Assembly: GCF_020860125.1 (NCBI RefSeq)
Contig: NZ_JAJBUX010000093.1
Coordinates: forward strand, 3-64,002
Source of the DNA: Cloacibacillus sp.
GTDB lineage: Bacteria; Synergistota; Synergistia; Synergistales; Synergistaceae
Length of the DNA stretch: 64,000 nucleotides
Direction of reading: 5' to 3'
Part shown: one piece after another, positions 36,622 through 47,211 of the stretch
How positions within the stretch are numbered: the first letter of the stretch is position 1
How the letters are laid out: each line of letters starts with the position of its first letter
The notes under the pieces: generated by a model
What the model was told of the DNA's origin: nothing
Database searches by the model: none
Seen by the model: the letters and a program-made list of their open reading frames with translations, nothing else
Made by a program: the position numbers and the translations under genes

Positions 36622-39060
36622 CTATTTTCTCTCGGGCAGCGGCGGCATTGCCGCAAACTTGCCGCGCAGATCCTCCGCGCCGAAAGCCGTCTCTCCCGTA
36701 CGCTCACGTTCCTTCAGCGCGCGCCAGATACGCTCCGGCGTTATCGGCAGTTCGCGCAGCGTCAGGCCGGTCGCATAGTTTACGGCGTTGCCGATCGCCG
36801 AACCTACCGGCGCGGTACTGCCCTCGCCCGCCTCTTTCGCACCCATCGGCCCTTCGGGATCGGCCTCGCTGCAAATGATCGTCTTGACCGGCGGCATGTC
36901 GAGCGCCGTCGGGAAGCGGTAATCGCGGAAGCTGGGGTTCATATGCCTGCCGTCCTTGCTGTATACGCATTCTTCAAAACAGCTGAATCCAAGGCCGAGA
37001 AGGACCGAACCCTCGATCTGCCCCTCGACGGCGCGGATATTCAGCGCGCGGCCACAGTCGTGAGCGAAGACGAAATCCTTCAGATCTACGCAGCCCGTCT
37101 CCATATCGACCTTCATCCTGGCCGCCGAAGCTGAGAAAGAATAGGCCGGAGCGTAGTTGCCTACGTTCTTCACATAGATGTCCTTGTCGCCCTCGTGCGC
37201 AAAAGAGCCGACACCGGCAACGCAGCGGCCAAAGTTCCTCTCCTCGTAGCCAAAGCAGGCCTCGTTATAGGAGATGTTCTTCTCCGCGTCTCCCTCAATA
37301 AATACGCGGTGGTCTTTCATCTTGATATCAGAGGGCTTGCAGCCCCACTCCTCCGCCCAGTGCGACAGCAGTTTAAGCTTCGCGTCGCCGACGGCGCGGC
37401 GGCAGGCGTTGCCGCCGAGGAAGGTGACGCGCGAGCCAAAGGAGCCGGCGTCCCACGGCGTCGTCGTAGTATCTGACTGCACAAGCTTCACCTCGTCCAT
37501 ACGCAGCCCCAGCTCCTCGGCGACGATCATCGTCATCACCGTATCGCAGCCCTGTCCGATATCGTTTGCGCCGCAGAAGACTACGGCGTAGCCCTCGCGG
37601 TTGAGGCGGACGATTGTGGAGGCAGAGCAGTAGTGCGGCGTAACAAGTACGGGGAATCCCGTTCCCGACATGAAGCCAGAACCGGAGAGGCCGACCGCCT
37701 CGCCGCTTCTGGGGAAAAACTTGTCCCTCTCCGCCCAGCCGATGGCGTCGGCGCAGGCGACAAGGCACTCGTCAAACTTGCATGAGGTAAACTCAAGGCC
37801 TGTGGGCCCTGTGTAATAGGGAGTGATCTCGTTCCTGCGGCGCAGTTCAAGCGGGTCTATCCCAAGCGCGTTCGCCACCTCGTCCATGTGGATTTCGTGG
37901 GCAAAGTGTACCTGACAGGCGGAATAGCCGCGCATTGCGCCCGAGGCCGGATGGTTTGTGTAGGGGCGTCTGGCCGTCATGTCGATATTTTCCACCTTAT
38001 AGGGGAAGGTGGCGCAAATCAACGAAAGGGTGTTCGCCGCGATGCCCGAGCCGCCGTAAGCGCCGCCGTCGAGGATGTGCTTGCAGCGCTTGGCGAGCAT
38101 CTTTCCCTCTTTGGTAAAGGCGGTCTCGATCTCAAAGGATATCGGATGGCGCGTGCGCGTGCAGGTGAAAACCTCGTCGCGTTTTAGCACGCACTTCACG
38201 GGATGTCCCGTCATCTGCGCAAATTTACAGGGGCAGAGTTCATGGGCGAAGACGTCGAGCTTGCCGCCGAAACCGCCGCCGACCATCGGCTTGATGACGC
38301 GTACCCTGCTTTCTGGAACGCCGAGCCCCCAGGCGATCCAGAAACGGCTCACATAAGCGCCCTGTGTCGTCGTCCAGACGGTCCATTCGCCGTTTTCATA
38401 TTTCGCCACGGCTCCGTGCGGTTCGATGGCGGCGTGGACCATCTCCTGCGTCTTGTAGTAATGTCTGTCGGTGTAATAGGCCTCCGCAAAGGCCTTGTCC
38501 GGGTCTCCCGCCTTCATCGTCGTAAAGATCGAGAGGTTGCCGGTGTTCGGATAGTGTATCGGCTCGGCCTCCGGCTGCATCGACTCAAAGGGGTCGAGGA
38601 TGACCGGCAGCGGCTCATATTCCACCTTGACGAGCGCCGCCGCCTCCGCGGCGATATTCTCCGTGACGGCGCAGACCGCCGCGACCTCGTCGCCGATCAT
38701 CCTTACTTTTTTACGGCAGAGCGGCTCCTTGTCCGCCAGTTCCTTGAAGGCCTCGGGGTTGCCGAGATTATGCCCCTCGGGGAAATCGCTCCCCGTGAGC
38801 ACCCCCTTCACGCCTGGCAGCTTGAGCGCCTCGGTAAAGTCTATGCTTTTGATGACGGCGTGCACATACGGGCTGTGAACGAGCTTGCAGTAATACATCC
38901 CGGGCAGGTCTACGTCGTCGGTATAGACGGCGCGCCCCGTCACCTTAGCCTCGGCGTCTACGCGCACATAGGCGTTCCCTTTTCCGGCAAGCTCATAGTC
39001 TTCGGGTTTTTTATAAACGCTCTCGATTTCGGAGTAATATTCCTTTGATTTCATCGCCAT
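36622..39060 (-). CDS. Molybdopterin-binding large subunit, xanthine dehydrogenase/aldehyde oxidase family
   Basis: 812 aa with 'MVGGGFGGKLD', the C-terminal 'GAKEAGEGSTAPVGSAIGNAV' (catalytic Glu region) and an a/b-hammerhead-like N-terminus. Confidence 0.88.
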   Translation of the reverse strand: MAMKSKEYYSEIESVYKKPEDYELAGKGNAYVRVDAEAKVTGRAVYTDDVDLPGMYYCKLVHSPYVHAVIKSIDFTEALKLPGVKGVLTGSDFPEGHNLGNPEAFKELADKEPLCRKKVRMIGDEVAAVCAVTENIAAEAAALVKVEYEPLPVILDPFESMQPEAEPIHYPNTGNLSIFTTMKAGDPDKAFAEAYYTDRHYYKTQEMVHAAIEPHGAVAKYENGEWTVWTTTQGAYVSRFWIAWGLGVPESRVRVIKPMVGGGFGGKLDVFAHELCPCKFAQMTGHPVKCVLKRDEVFTCTRTRHPISFEIETAFTKEGKMLAKRCKHILDGGAYGGSGIAANTLSLICATFPYKVENIDMTARRPYTNHPASGAMRGYSACQVHFAHEIHMDEVANALGIDPLELRRRNEITPYYTGPTGLEFTSCKFDECLVACADAIGWAERDKFFPRSGEAVGLSGSGFMSGTGFPVLVTPHYCSASTIVRLNREGYAVVFCGANDIGQGCDTVMTMIVAEELGLRMDEVKLVQSDTTTTPWDAGSFGSRVTFLGGNACRRAVGDAKLKLLSHWAEEWGCKPSDIKMKDHRVFIEGDAEKNISYNEACFGYEERNFGRCVAGVGSFAHEGDKDIYVKNVGNYAPAYSFSASAARMKVDMETGCVDLKDFVFAHDCGRALNIRAVEGQIEGSVLLGLGFSCFEECVYSKDGRHMNPSFRDYRFPTALDMPPVKTIICSEADPEGPMGAKEAGEGSTAPVGSAIGNAVNYATGLTLRELPITPERIWRALKERERTGETAFGAEDLRGKFAAMPPLPERK

Positions 39061-39542
39061 TACATATTCGCCTGCCTTTCCAGTATCTTTGCCGCAGAAT
39101 CGATCGCCTCGACGATCTTCGTGTAGCCGGTGCAGCGGCAGAGGTTGCCGGCGATTGCATCGCGGATCTCATGTTCCGTCGGGCGGGGATTCTCATGCAG
39201 CAGCGAAAGAGCCGACATTATCATGCCGGGCGTGCAAAAGCCGCACTGCAGGGCCCATTTATCCATAAATTCCCTCTGCAGGGGATGCAGGACGCCATCC
39301 TTCATGACGCCTTCGATGGTGACGACCTCACGCCCGTCGGCCTCGACGGCCAGCATCAGGCAGGAGTCGACTGCCGCGCCGTCAAGCAGGATGGTGCAGG
39401 CGCCGCACTCGCCCTCCTCACAGCCGCGTTTTGTCCCCGTCATGTGCATCTGCTGGCGCAGAAAATCGACCATCGTGATGTTGTCCGCCACCAGCTCTTC
39501 GACGTTCTCGCCGTTAAGTTTAAAATTTATGATCCTCTTCAT
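39060..39542 (-). CDS. [2Fe-2S]-binding small subunit of molybdenum hydroxylase
   Basis: 'GCEEGECGACTILLDG' and 'QCGFCTPGMIMS...NLCRCTGY'. 1-nt stop/start overlap with the large subunit. Confidence 0.92.
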   Translation of the reverse strand: MKRIINFKLNGENVEELVADNITMVDFLRQQMHMTGTKRGCEEGECGACTILLDGAAVDSCLMLAVEADGREVVTIEGVMKDGVLHPLQREFMDKWALQCGFCTPGMIMSALSLLHENPRPTEHEIRDAIAGNLCRCTGYTKIVEAIDSAAKILERQANM

Positions 39543-39560
39543 CTTCGCAAACCTCCGTTC

Positions 39561-40442
39561 CTAAGCCCTCAGCGTCTCAAGCGCTCTCTTAACGGCGCGC
39601 TTCGTGTAGACGCGCACCATGTCCCGCCGATACTCCTCGGAGGCGCGCACGTCGGAGATCGGGCTGCACTCCCGCGAGGCGGCTAGACCAGCCCTCTCCA
39701 ACAGATCATCGTCGGCGGCGCTGCCTTTCAGCAGCCTCTCCGCCTCCGGCGCGCGCAGCAGCGTCACACCGACGCCGCCCATCGCGATGCGGCAGTCTGT
39801 TATCCGGCATCCGTCCATCTTTACCCAGGCCGCGACGCCGATGATCGCCAGGTCCATCGCCTTGCGCACCGAATGCTTAAAATACGCGGAGCCCTCCTGC
39901 GGCTTTAGCTCGGGGATATTTATCCTCGTGACGATCTCTCCCGCCGCTTTGTCGATACAGTTCCTTTTTACACCGGTGAAAAATTCTCCGACAGGTATCA
40001 CCCGTTCGCCGTTTTTACCGTAAACCGACACGGAGGCGTCCATCGCCACCAGTATCGGAGCGGTGTCGGCCGAGGGCGAGGCGTTGCAGATATTGCCGGC
40101 CATCGTCCCCTTTCGGCGGATCTGCGTTGAGGCAACATAGTGCGCGGCGTCGGCTACGGCAGGCATTTTTTCGCACACCAGCGGCGAGTTATGGATCGCG
40201 TAGAGCTTCGTAAGGGCGCCGATACGCAGCCCCTCGCCCTCGACAAATTCCAGCCCGTCCATACCGGGGATATTTTTCAGGTCGATGACGCTCTCCACGC
40301 CCCTCAAAACATTTTCCTTCAGTAACAGGATCACATCAGTCCCGCCCGCCATCAGCACGCATCTGCCGGCCTGCGCGGCCGCGAGCTCCGAGGCCTCCTC
40401 AAGACTTTTGGCGGCTATATAATTAAAATTCGGCAAAGTCAT
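39561..40442 (-). CDS. FAD-binding medium subunit of molybdenum hydroxylase (CoxM/XdhB-like)
   Basis: 'FNYIAAKSLEEA', 'LMAGGTDV', 'GTMAGNICNASPSADT' and 'SDVRASEEYRRDM'. ATG 40442 is preceded by GGGAGG. Confidence 0.88.
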   Translation of the reverse strand: MTLPNFNYIAAKSLEEASELAAAQAGRCVLMAGGTDVILLLKENVLRGVESVIDLKNIPGMDGLEFVEGEGLRIGALTKLYAIHNSPLVCEKMPAVADAAHYVASTQIRRKGTMAGNICNASPSADTAPILVAMDASVSVYGKNGERVIPVGEFFTGVKRNCIDKAAGEIVTRINIPELKPQEGSAYFKHSVRKAMDLAIIGVAAWVKMDGCRITDCRIAMGGVGVTLLRAPEAERLLKGSAADDDLLERAGLAASRECSPISDVRASEEYRRDMVRVYTKRAVKRALETLRA

Positions 40443-40595
40443 TTCTGTTCCTCCCTTTTTGATCGTATATCTTTTTCCCAGGCTCTCCCGTGAGCGCTGC
40501 ATTTTTATCTTAGAAGCAAAAAAATATTGGGATAAGCAGCCTTGGCTACTTGTGTAGTCAGAAATACAATGCTATCTTCGTTGTACGGGGGGTGG

Positions 40596-41306
40596 ATGGC
40601 GGTGGGAGAAAATAATGATGCCATTGACGGGATACGTGACGACCAGATACGCCACCTTTACTATCTGCCGCAGGGTATCGCGCGGCTTGAGGCGCTGGGA
40701 GAGGTCATTCATGTGGGCAAGGGGTACGAGCTTAACAAAGTAGACGAGGTGCCGGAATATTGCTATCTTGTGAAGGAGGGGCGCGTCATCTGTTACGAAC
40801 TTACCTTCGGCGGCGAACAGCGCGTGTACAGCTTCATGGAGCCAAACTCCGTCTTTCTTGAGGAATGTATGCTGGTAGACAAGCCCAGCCCCGTCCTCTT
40901 CAAGACGGCCGCGCCCTCTACGCTCGTGCGCATCCATAAATGCGCGCTGAAACACGCCTTCAAGCACGACATCGACATCGTAATGGACATCTGCAAATCA
41001 ATGGCGGAAAAATTTCTCTCCGCGATGGGGCAGATACGCTACGGGCAGCAGAAATCAGCTGAATGGAAGATATGCCGGCTGCTGCAGATTTTTATGGGAC
41101 ATTACGGCGCGGATTACGACGGAAAGATTCTCATCGCCGAGAAGATCAGCCAGCAGATGATCGCAGACATGCTCGGCATGAACCGCGTGACGGTCTCAAA
41201 GAAATTCAAGGAGCTGCGGGATATATCGCTGCTGGAACAGATCAACGGCTACATCTGCATTCGCAGCGCCGAGGCGCTGCAAAAACACATGGAACTGATG
41301 AAATAA
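40596..41306 (+). CDS. Crp/Fnr family transcriptional regulator
   Basis: cNMP-binding-like N-domain and a C-terminal HTH 'SQQMIADMLGMNRVTVSKKFKELR'. Divergent from the Mo-hydroxylase operon. Start is uncertain (in-frame TTG 40542, ATG 40569, ATG 40596). Confidence 0.8.
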   Translation: MAVGENNDAIDGIRDDQIRHLYYLPQGIARLEALGEVIHVGKGYELNKVDEVPEYCYLVKEGRVICYELTFGGEQRVYSFMEPNSVFLEECMLVDKPSPVLFKTAAPSTLVRIHKCALKHAFKHDIDIVMDICKSMAEKFLSAMGQIRYGQQKSAEWKICRLLQIFMGHYGADYDGKILIAEKISQQMIADMLGMNRVTVSKKFKELRDISLLEQINGYICIRSAEALQKHMELMK

Positions 41307-41335
41307 AAATAGCCGGCGGAGGCAGCTCCGCCGGC
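41301..41335 (-). terminator. Intrinsic terminator after rlmB (hairpin also closes the crp-like gene)
   Basis: Perfect 10-bp stem GCCGGCGGAG/CTCCGCCGGC with loop GCAG (41312-41335), followed on the minus strand by TATTTTTATTT. Confidence 0.7.
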
Positions 41336-41362
41336 AGCGTTACGGCTTTTTAAAGGAATTTT

Positions 41363-42181
41363 TTATTTAAGCTCCGCGCCCCGCGACCGCGTCCACTCGA
41401 ACATCGCGATGCTCGCGGCGACGGAGGCGTTGAGCGAGCCGGTCGTTCCCTGCATCGGGATGAAGCGGATATCGTCGCAGGCCTTAGCCACGGCGTTACC
41501 CAGGCCTTCGCCCTCCGCGCCGACGACGATGGCGCTGCGCGGCGGCAAATCCCCGCGGAAAAGCGTCTCGCGCCCCTCCATCGCCAGCCCCGTAACCCAA
41601 AAGTCCGCCTCCTGCAGCATCTTTATCGTCTGCGAAACGTTGCCCACCTTCACGACCGGCAGCCGCAGCGCCGCGCCGGCGCTCGTCTTCACCACCGTCC
41701 CGGTGGGCAGGCAGCCGCCGCGTTTCGGGATCATCACCGCCGCGGCGCCCGCGGCCTCCGCGCTTCTGATGACGGCGCCGAGGTTATGCGGGTCCTGCAG
41801 GTGGTCGCAGAGAAGGATAAGCACCGGAGACGGCGCGGCCGGCAGCGAGGCGAGCAGCTCCTCCGGCTCCCACAGCTTCATCTGCGCGGTGTAGGCCGCG
41901 ACTCCCTGATGGTTCTCACCGTCAGTCAGCCTGTCGAGCGCCGCGCTCTCAACGTTCTGGAATATTATCCCGTTCGCGCGGCAGAGCTCCGTGATCTTCG
42001 CCTTTATGTGCGGCTGGGCGCTCTTCGCGAGAAGCACCTTCATGCAGCGTTCGGGGTCTCCCTCCAGCAGCGCGATCACCGGGTTGCGTCCCCAGCAGAT
42101 ATCGCCCGCCGGCGCGCCCTCCGACCTCTTGTCAGCCCTCTCCTCGCGGCCGTGTCCTCTTCTTCTGTTATCGTTCGTCAT
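41363..42181 (-). CDS. rlmB: 23S rRNA (guanosine-2'-O-)-methyltransferase RlmB (SpoU/TrmH family)
   Basis: SpoU motifs 'DHLQDPHNLGAVIRSAEAAG', 'VVGAEGEGL' and 'IPMQGTTGSLNASVAASI'. Confidence 0.85.
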   Translation of the reverse strand: MTNDNRRRGHGREERADKRSEGAPAGDICWGRNPVIALLEGDPERCMKVLLAKSAQPHIKAKITELCRANGIIFQNVESAALDRLTDGENHQGVAAYTAQMKLWEPEELLASLPAAPSPVLILLCDHLQDPHNLGAVIRSAEAAGAAAVMIPKRGGCLPTGTVVKTSAGAALRLPVVKVGNVSQTIKMLQEADFWVTGLAMEGRETLFRGDLPPRSAIVVGAEGEGLGNAVAKACDDIRFIPMQGTTGSLNASVAASIAMFEWTRSRGAELK

Positions 42182-44999
42182 GACCCCTCTTCATCTCCTC
42201 AAAAAACTGCGCCAGATACTTGGAGGTCGGCCCCTTCGCGCGCGCCACCTCTTCCGGCGTGCCCTTGGCGATCAGCCTTCCGCCGCCGCGGCCTCCCTCC
42301 GGCCCCAGGTCCATTATATAGTCCGAGGAGGCCAGCACGTCAAGGTTATGCTCGATCATAAGCACGGAATTTCCCTGCTCGACAAGTTTATGGAGCAATT
42401 TCAGCAATTTCTTGACGTCGGTGTAGTGCAGCCCGGTCGTCGGTTCGTCAAGCAGATACAGAGTGTTGCCGCGGAACTTCTTGCCGAGCTCCGTCGCAAG
42501 CTTCACGCGCTGCGCCTCACCGCCGGAGAGCGTCGGCGCGGGCTGTCCCAGCCTGATATAGCCAAGTCCCGCCTCCTGTATCACCTTCAATTTATTCGCG
42601 ATGCGCGGTATACCCGAGAAGTGCTCGATCGCCTCGTCTACGGTCAGATCGAGGACGTCGGCGATCGAAAGCCCCTTGTAACGGACCTCGAGCGTCTCGC
42701 GGTTATACCGCTGTCCCTTGCAGACGTCGCACTTTACATAGACGTCCGGGAGAAAGAGCATCGAGACCTTGATCACGCCGTCGCCGTTGCAGGCCTCGCA
42801 GCGTCCGCCCTTCACGTTGAAGCTGAAGCGTCCCGGCTGATAGCCGCGCAGCTTGGACTCCTGCAGTTCGGCGTAAAATTCCCGTATCGGTGTGAATACC
42901 CCCGTATAGGTCGCGGGGTTGGAGCGCGGGGTACGCCCGATCGGGCTCTGGTCGACAAGCACGATATTGCGCAGCGATTCGTAGCCGCTCACCGATTCAA
43001 ACTTGCCGGGACGTTCGCGGTAGTCCTTGTCAAACTTTCCGCGCAGCCCCTTATAAAGGACCTCGTAGAGGAAGGTGCTCTTGCCGGACCCTGATACCCC
43101 CGAAAGCGCGGCGAATACATTAAGCGGGATATCGATATTGAGCTTCTTGAGATTGTTCTCCCTGGCGCCGCGCACCTTGATCATGCCGGAGGGCTTCCTG
43201 CGCTCCGGATGAGGACGCCAGGTGCCGTCGGCCTCGCCGCGCAGGTAGAGCGCCGTACTGGAATCGCCGCGCATCACCTCTTCGGCGCTGCCGTTGGCGA
43301 TCAGCTCGCCGCCGTGCTCTCCCGCGCCGGGGCCAAGCTCGAGAATGTGGTCGGCGGCGGCCATCGTGTCGCGGTCGTGCTCGACGACGAGCACGGTGTT
43401 GCCGATGTCGCGTATCGCCCTCAGAGTGTCGAGCAGGCGGTTCGTATCGCGCGGATGAAGTCCGATCGTCGGCTCGTCGAGCACGTAGAGCACGCCCGTC
43501 AGCTGCGAGCCGATCTGGGAGGCGAGCCTGATCCGCTGGCTCTCCCCGCCGGAGAGGGTGTCGGCGCGGCGCGAGAGGCTGAGATAACCGGCCCCCACGT
43601 CGTTGAGGAATGAGAGCCTCTTGCGCACCTCGACCAGCGCGATGCCGACGATCTTCTGCTCCCGTTCGCCGAGCTTGAGCTCGTCTAGCACCGTTATTAG
43701 CTCGTCGATCGGCATCTCCGTTATTTCGCCGATGTTATAACCGCCGAGAGTTACGGCGAGCGCCTCGGGCTTGAGCCTCATGCCCTTACAGGTAGAGCAG
43801 ACGTCCTCCACGAGATAGCGCCCCAGCTCTTCTTTGTAATTCTCCGATTCGGTCTCGTTATAGCGTTTCTCGATCCAGGGAATAAGGCCGATATATTTAC
43901 CGTTGTACTCCCAGTCGCCATTTTTTTTATCGCTGAATGTGAGCTCAAGGACCTCGTCGGAGCCGTAAAGCAGCTCCTGACGCACCGCCTCCGGGAGTTC
44001 TTTGAAGGGTTTGCCGATATCCCAGCCCTTCTTCTCCGCGAGCTTCTCCGCCTTATGCACCATATATTTCATGCTCTTCCAGGGGATAAAGCCGCCATCG
44101 CCGAGCGGCAGCTCGGGGTTCACCGCAAGCTCCGCCGAAAAGTGCGAGTGAAAGCCGAGACCGCCGCAGTCGGGACAGGCTCCGAAGGGCGCGTTGAACG
44201 AAAAGAGGCGCGGTTCGATATCGGGAAGGCTGATCTGGCACTCGGGACAGATATACTTCTCCGTAAGCTCCCGGTCGGCGCTTCCCTCGGAGACGAGCAG
44301 GATAAAGCCGTCCGAGAGCTTGAGCGCCATCTCTATCGCCTCGCTTAGGCGCGAGCGGTTCTCCTCCTTGACGCGCATGCGGTCGATGAGGCACTCAATG
44401 GTATGCCGCCGCTTCTTGTCCAGCTCCACCGCCTCTTCAAGCCAGTAGAGCGTGCCGTCGATGCGCGCGCGCATATACCCCTGCTGGTGCAGCTTGAGCA
44501 GCAGGTTCCGGTATTCTCCCTTCTTGGCCTTGACCACCGGGGAAAATATCTCCAGCGGTCTGCCGTCGTATTCCTGATAGATAAGGTCGATTATCTCGTC
44601 GACGCTGTAACGGTGCACCTCGCGGCCGCACTTCGGGCAGTGCGGCGTACCGGCGCGCCCGTAGAGCAGACGCAGATAGTCGTATATCTCGGTGACCGTT
44701 CCCACCGTCGAACGGGGGTTGTGGTTGGAACCCTTCTGTTCGATCGATATCGCGGGGGAGAGCCCTGAGATATCGTCCACATCAGGCTTATCAGACATTC
44801 CGAGAAACTGCCGCGCGTACGAGGAGAGCGACTCCACATAGCGCCGCTGCCCCTCGGCGTAGACCGTGTCAAAGGCCAGCGAAGACTTGCCCGATCCGGA
44901 GGGGCCCGTTACGACGACAAGCTTATTTTTTGGGATATCTGCGTTTATGTTTTTGAGGTTGTGCTGTCTTGCCCCGGTGATTCTTATTTCCTGTTCCAA
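42168..44999 (-). CDS. uvrA: Excinuclease ABC subunit UvrA
   Basis: '[12 protein letters not shown]', '[16 protein letters not shown]', two ABC modules and zinc-finger Cys clusters. Confidence 0.96.
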   Translation of the reverse strand: MEQEIRITGARQHNLKNINADIPKNKLVVVTGPSGSGKSSLAFDTVYAEGQRRYVESLSSYARQFLGMSDKPDVDDISGLSPAISIEQKGSNHNPRSTVGTVTEIYDYLRLLYGRAGTPHCPKCGREVHRYSVDEIIDLIYQEYDGRPLEIFSPVVKAKKGEYRNLLLKLHQQGYMRARIDGTLYWLEEAVELDKKRRHTIECLIDRMRVKEENRSRLSEAIEMALKLSDGFILLVSEGSADRELTEKYICPECQISLPDIEPRLFSFNAPFGACPDCGGLGFHSHFSAELAVNPELPLGDGGFIPWKSMKYMVHKAEKLAEKKGWDIGKPFKELPEAVRQELLYGSDEVLELTFSDKKNGDWEYNGKYIGLIPWIEKRYNETESENYKEELGRYLVEDVCSTCKGMRLKPEALAVTLGGYNIGEITEMPIDELITVLDELKLGEREQKIVGIALVEVRKRLSFLNDVGAGYLSLSRRADTLSGGESQRIRLASQIGSQLTGVLYVLDEPTIGLHPRDTNRLLDTLRAIRDIGNTVLVVEHDRDTMAAADHILELGPGAGEHGGELIANGSAEEVMRGDSSTALYLRGEADGTWRPHPERRKPSGMIKVRGARENNLKKLNIDIPLNVFAALSGVSGSGKSTFLYEVLYKGLRGKFDKDYRERPGKFESVSGYESLRNIVLVDQSPIGRTPRSNPATYTGVFTPIREFYAELQESKLRGYQPGRFSFNVKGGRCEACNGDGVIKVSMLFLPDVYVKCDVCKGQRYNRETLEVRYKGLSIADVLDLTVDEAIEHFSGIPRIANKLKVIQEAGLGYIRLGQPAPTLSGGEAQRVKLATELGKKFRGNTLYLLDEPTTGLHYTDVKKLLKLLHKLVEQGNSVLMIEHNLDVLASSDYIMDLGPEGGRGGGRLIAKGTPEEVARAKGPTSKYLAQFFEEMKRGHDER

Positions 45000-46980
45000 T
45001 CGGATTGCCGCCTTTCAGTCTCTGTATATCGTCTCTTAATTGGGCCGCCATTTCGAAGTCAAGCTTCTCCACGGCCTCCCACATCTTTCTTTCAAGCTCC
45101 TGGATATCCTGCTCCCGCACCTCTTCGTTGGGGGTGGCGGCGCGCATGCCCGCGTAGCTGTCCTCATTGTCGCTGAGCAGTTCGTCGGGCAGCAGGTTTT
45201 TCACGGATTTGATGATCGTCTTCGGTTCGATGTGATGCTCCTCGTTGAAGGCGGACTGCACCTCACGGCGGCGCGCTGTTTCTTTCATCGCCAAATCCAT
45301 ACTGTCCGTTATCCTATCGGCATATAATATCACTTTTCCCGCACTGTTGCGAGCGGCGCGGCCGATCATCTGTATCAGAGAGCGATGCGCGCGCAGATAG
45401 CCCTCGCGGTCGGCGTCAAGGATCGCCACCAGCGAGACCTCCGGCAGGTCGATGCCCTCGCGGAGCAGATTGACCCCCACAAGCACGGCAAAGACGCCGA
45501 GACGCAGATCGCGAAGCAGCTCCGCACGCTCGAAGGTATCAAGCTCCGAGTGTATATAACGGACCTTGATGCCGAGCTCCGCCATATATTCGGCGAGATC
45601 CTCGGCGGAGCGCTTCGTCAGCGTCGATACCAGCACGCGCTCGCCGCGGTCGACGATCGGACGGATCTCCGCGAGCAGGTCGTCGACCTGCCCCGTCGCC
45701 TTATGCACCTCGACCGCCGGGTCCGGGATGCCGGTCGGCCGTATCAGCTGCTCCACCACGTGGTCAGAATGTTCAAACTCATAATCGCCGGGAGTGGCGG
45801 AGATAAACAGCGCGTTTTTCAGCGCCGGCTCATATTCATCCCAGCGCAGCGGCCGGTTGTCGAGACAGGATGGCAGGCGGAAGCCGTGCTGCACCAGGAC
45901 CTCCTTGCGGGCGCGGTCGCCGTTGTACATGCCTCGTACCTGCGGCAGGGTCATATGCGATTCGTCGATGAAAAAGAGCGCGTCCTGCGGGAAGAAGTCC
46001 AGCAGCGTACCGGGGGGATCTCCCTCCTCGCGCCCGTCAAGATATCTTGAATAGTTTTCTATGCCGGAGCAGTAACCGACCTCGAGCAGCATCTCAAGGT
46101 CGTACTTGGTGCGCATCTTCAGCCGCTCGGCCTCTAAATACTTGCCCTCGCTCGTAAAGCGTGCGCAGCACTCCTCCATCTCCTGCTCGATAACGCCCGC
46201 CGCCTTCTGGATCGCGTCGGTGCTCGTCACGTAATGCTGCGAGGGGAAGATACCGACCTTCTCTTTCCGGAGCAGGCTCTTTCCGGAGACAGGGTCGATC
46301 TCGTCAATCCGCTCTATTTCGTCGTCAAAGAAGGATATCCGCAGGGCAGTGTCGCTGTAGGCGGGGAATATCTCCATCGTCTCACCCCTGCTACGGAAGG
46401 TCCCCGGCACAAGCGATACGTCGTTGCGTTCATAATAATTCTCGATGAGGCGCAGCATAAAGGCGCGGCGCTCCCACCGCTCGCCCTGCGCGAAACGGAA
46501 GATCGCGTCTTCGTAGTTCTTCCTCTTTCCCAGTCCGTAAATGCAGGAGACGCTTGCGACGACAATAACGTCGCGCCGCTCAAGCAGCGACTTGGTGGTC
46601 GCGAGCCGCAGCTTTTCGATACGCTCGTTGACCGAAGAATCCTTTTCTATATAGACGTCGGAGGCGGGTATATAGGCCTCCGGCTGATAATAATCATAGT
46701 AACTGACGAAATAATTTACGGAATTCTCGGGAAAGAACTCCTTGAACTCGCTGTAAAGCTGCGCCGCGAGAGTCTTATTGTGAGCCATCACGAGCGTGGG
46801 GCGGTTGAGCTCGGCGATGACGTTCGCCATCGTGAAGGTCTTGCCACTGCCCGTGACGCCGAGAAGCGTCTGACGCATCCCGTCACGTTCGCGAAAACCG
46901 CGCACGAGCTTCTCCACCGCCTGCGGCTGATCCCCAGACAACCCGAAGGGCGCGACCAGTTTAAATTTATCCTCTGCCAT
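44923..46980 (-). CDS. uvrB: Excinuclease ABC subunit UvrB
   Basis: '[17 protein letters not shown]', helicase motifs and the C-terminal UVR domain '[14 protein letters not shown]', followed by about 30 aa of basic tail that overlaps uvrA by 77 nt. Confidence 0.95.
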   Translation of the reverse strand: MAEDKFKLVAPFGLSGDQPQAVEKLVRGFRERDGMRQTLLGVTGSGKTFTMANVIAELNRPTLVMAHNKTLAAQLYSEFKEFFPENSVNYFVSYYDYYQPEAYIPASDVYIEKDSSVNERIEKLRLATTKSLLERRDVIVVASVSCIYGLGKRKNYEDAIFRFAQGERWERRAFMLRLIENYYERNDVSLVPGTFRSRGETMEIFPAYSDTALRISFFDDEIERIDEIDPVSGKSLLRKEKVGIFPSQHYVTSTDAIQKAAGVIEQEMEECCARFTSEGKYLEAERLKMRTKYDLEMLLEVGYCSGIENYSRYLDGREEGDPPGTLLDFFPQDALFFIDESHMTLPQVRGMYNGDRARKEVLVQHGFRLPSCLDNRPLRWDEYEPALKNALFISATPGDYEFEHSDHVVEQLIRPTGIPDPAVEVHKATGQVDDLLAEIRPIVDRGERVLVSTLTKRSAEDLAEYMAELGIKVRYIHSELDTFERAELLRDLRLGVFAVLVGVNLLREGIDLPEVSLVAILDADREGYLRAHRSLIQMIGRAARNSAGKVILYADRITDSMDLAMKETARRREVQSAFNEEHHIEPKTIIKSVKNLLPDELLSDNEDSYAGMRAATPNEEVREQDIQELERKMWEAVEKLDFEMAAQLRDDIQRLKGGNPIGTGNKNHRGKTAQPQKHKRRYPKK

Positions 46981-47073
46981 CTTTTTCCTCTCTTAATTTG
47001 CACATTAGATATTTTTATCTAAAACCGTTCTATTTTAACACAAATAAACGCTTGAGACCATTTAAGATAATCT

Positions 47074-47103
47074 ATTATAACAGGACAAACGCGTAGATGT
47101 CAG
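47074..47103 (-). promoter_or_regulatory. Candidate uvrB promoter (CTGACA-18 nt-TATAAT with TGn extension)
   Basis: Minus strand: CTGACA (47103-47098), TGT-TATAAT (47082-47074), about 90 nt upstream of the uvrB ATG. Confidence 0.5.
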
Positions 47104-47171
47104 CAGTCCATAATTGTTTCCATAAAGACATATCGTCCGTGCGGCTGCGCGATGTGCGCCCCTGCGCATAT

Positions 47172-47200
47172 AGAAAACGAGCCGCCCGTACGGGCGGCTC
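47172..47200 (-). terminator. Intrinsic terminator downstream of ftsH
   Basis: Perfect 10-bp stem GAGCCGCCCG-TA-CGGGCGGCTC (47179-47200), followed on the minus strand by GTTTTCT. Confidence 0.75.
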
Positions 47201-47211
47201 GACAGGTGATG

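Noticed and set aside
41991-43094. 367-aa ORF antisense to uvrA, with similar cases at 48160-49257, 47152-48078, 38203-39048, 27680-28504, 14616-15380, 19932-20684 and 23206-23937
   Set aside because: All overlap well-supported genes on the other strand, and all show the Arg/Leu/His/Asp-rich composition of antisense frames in GC-rich DNA.
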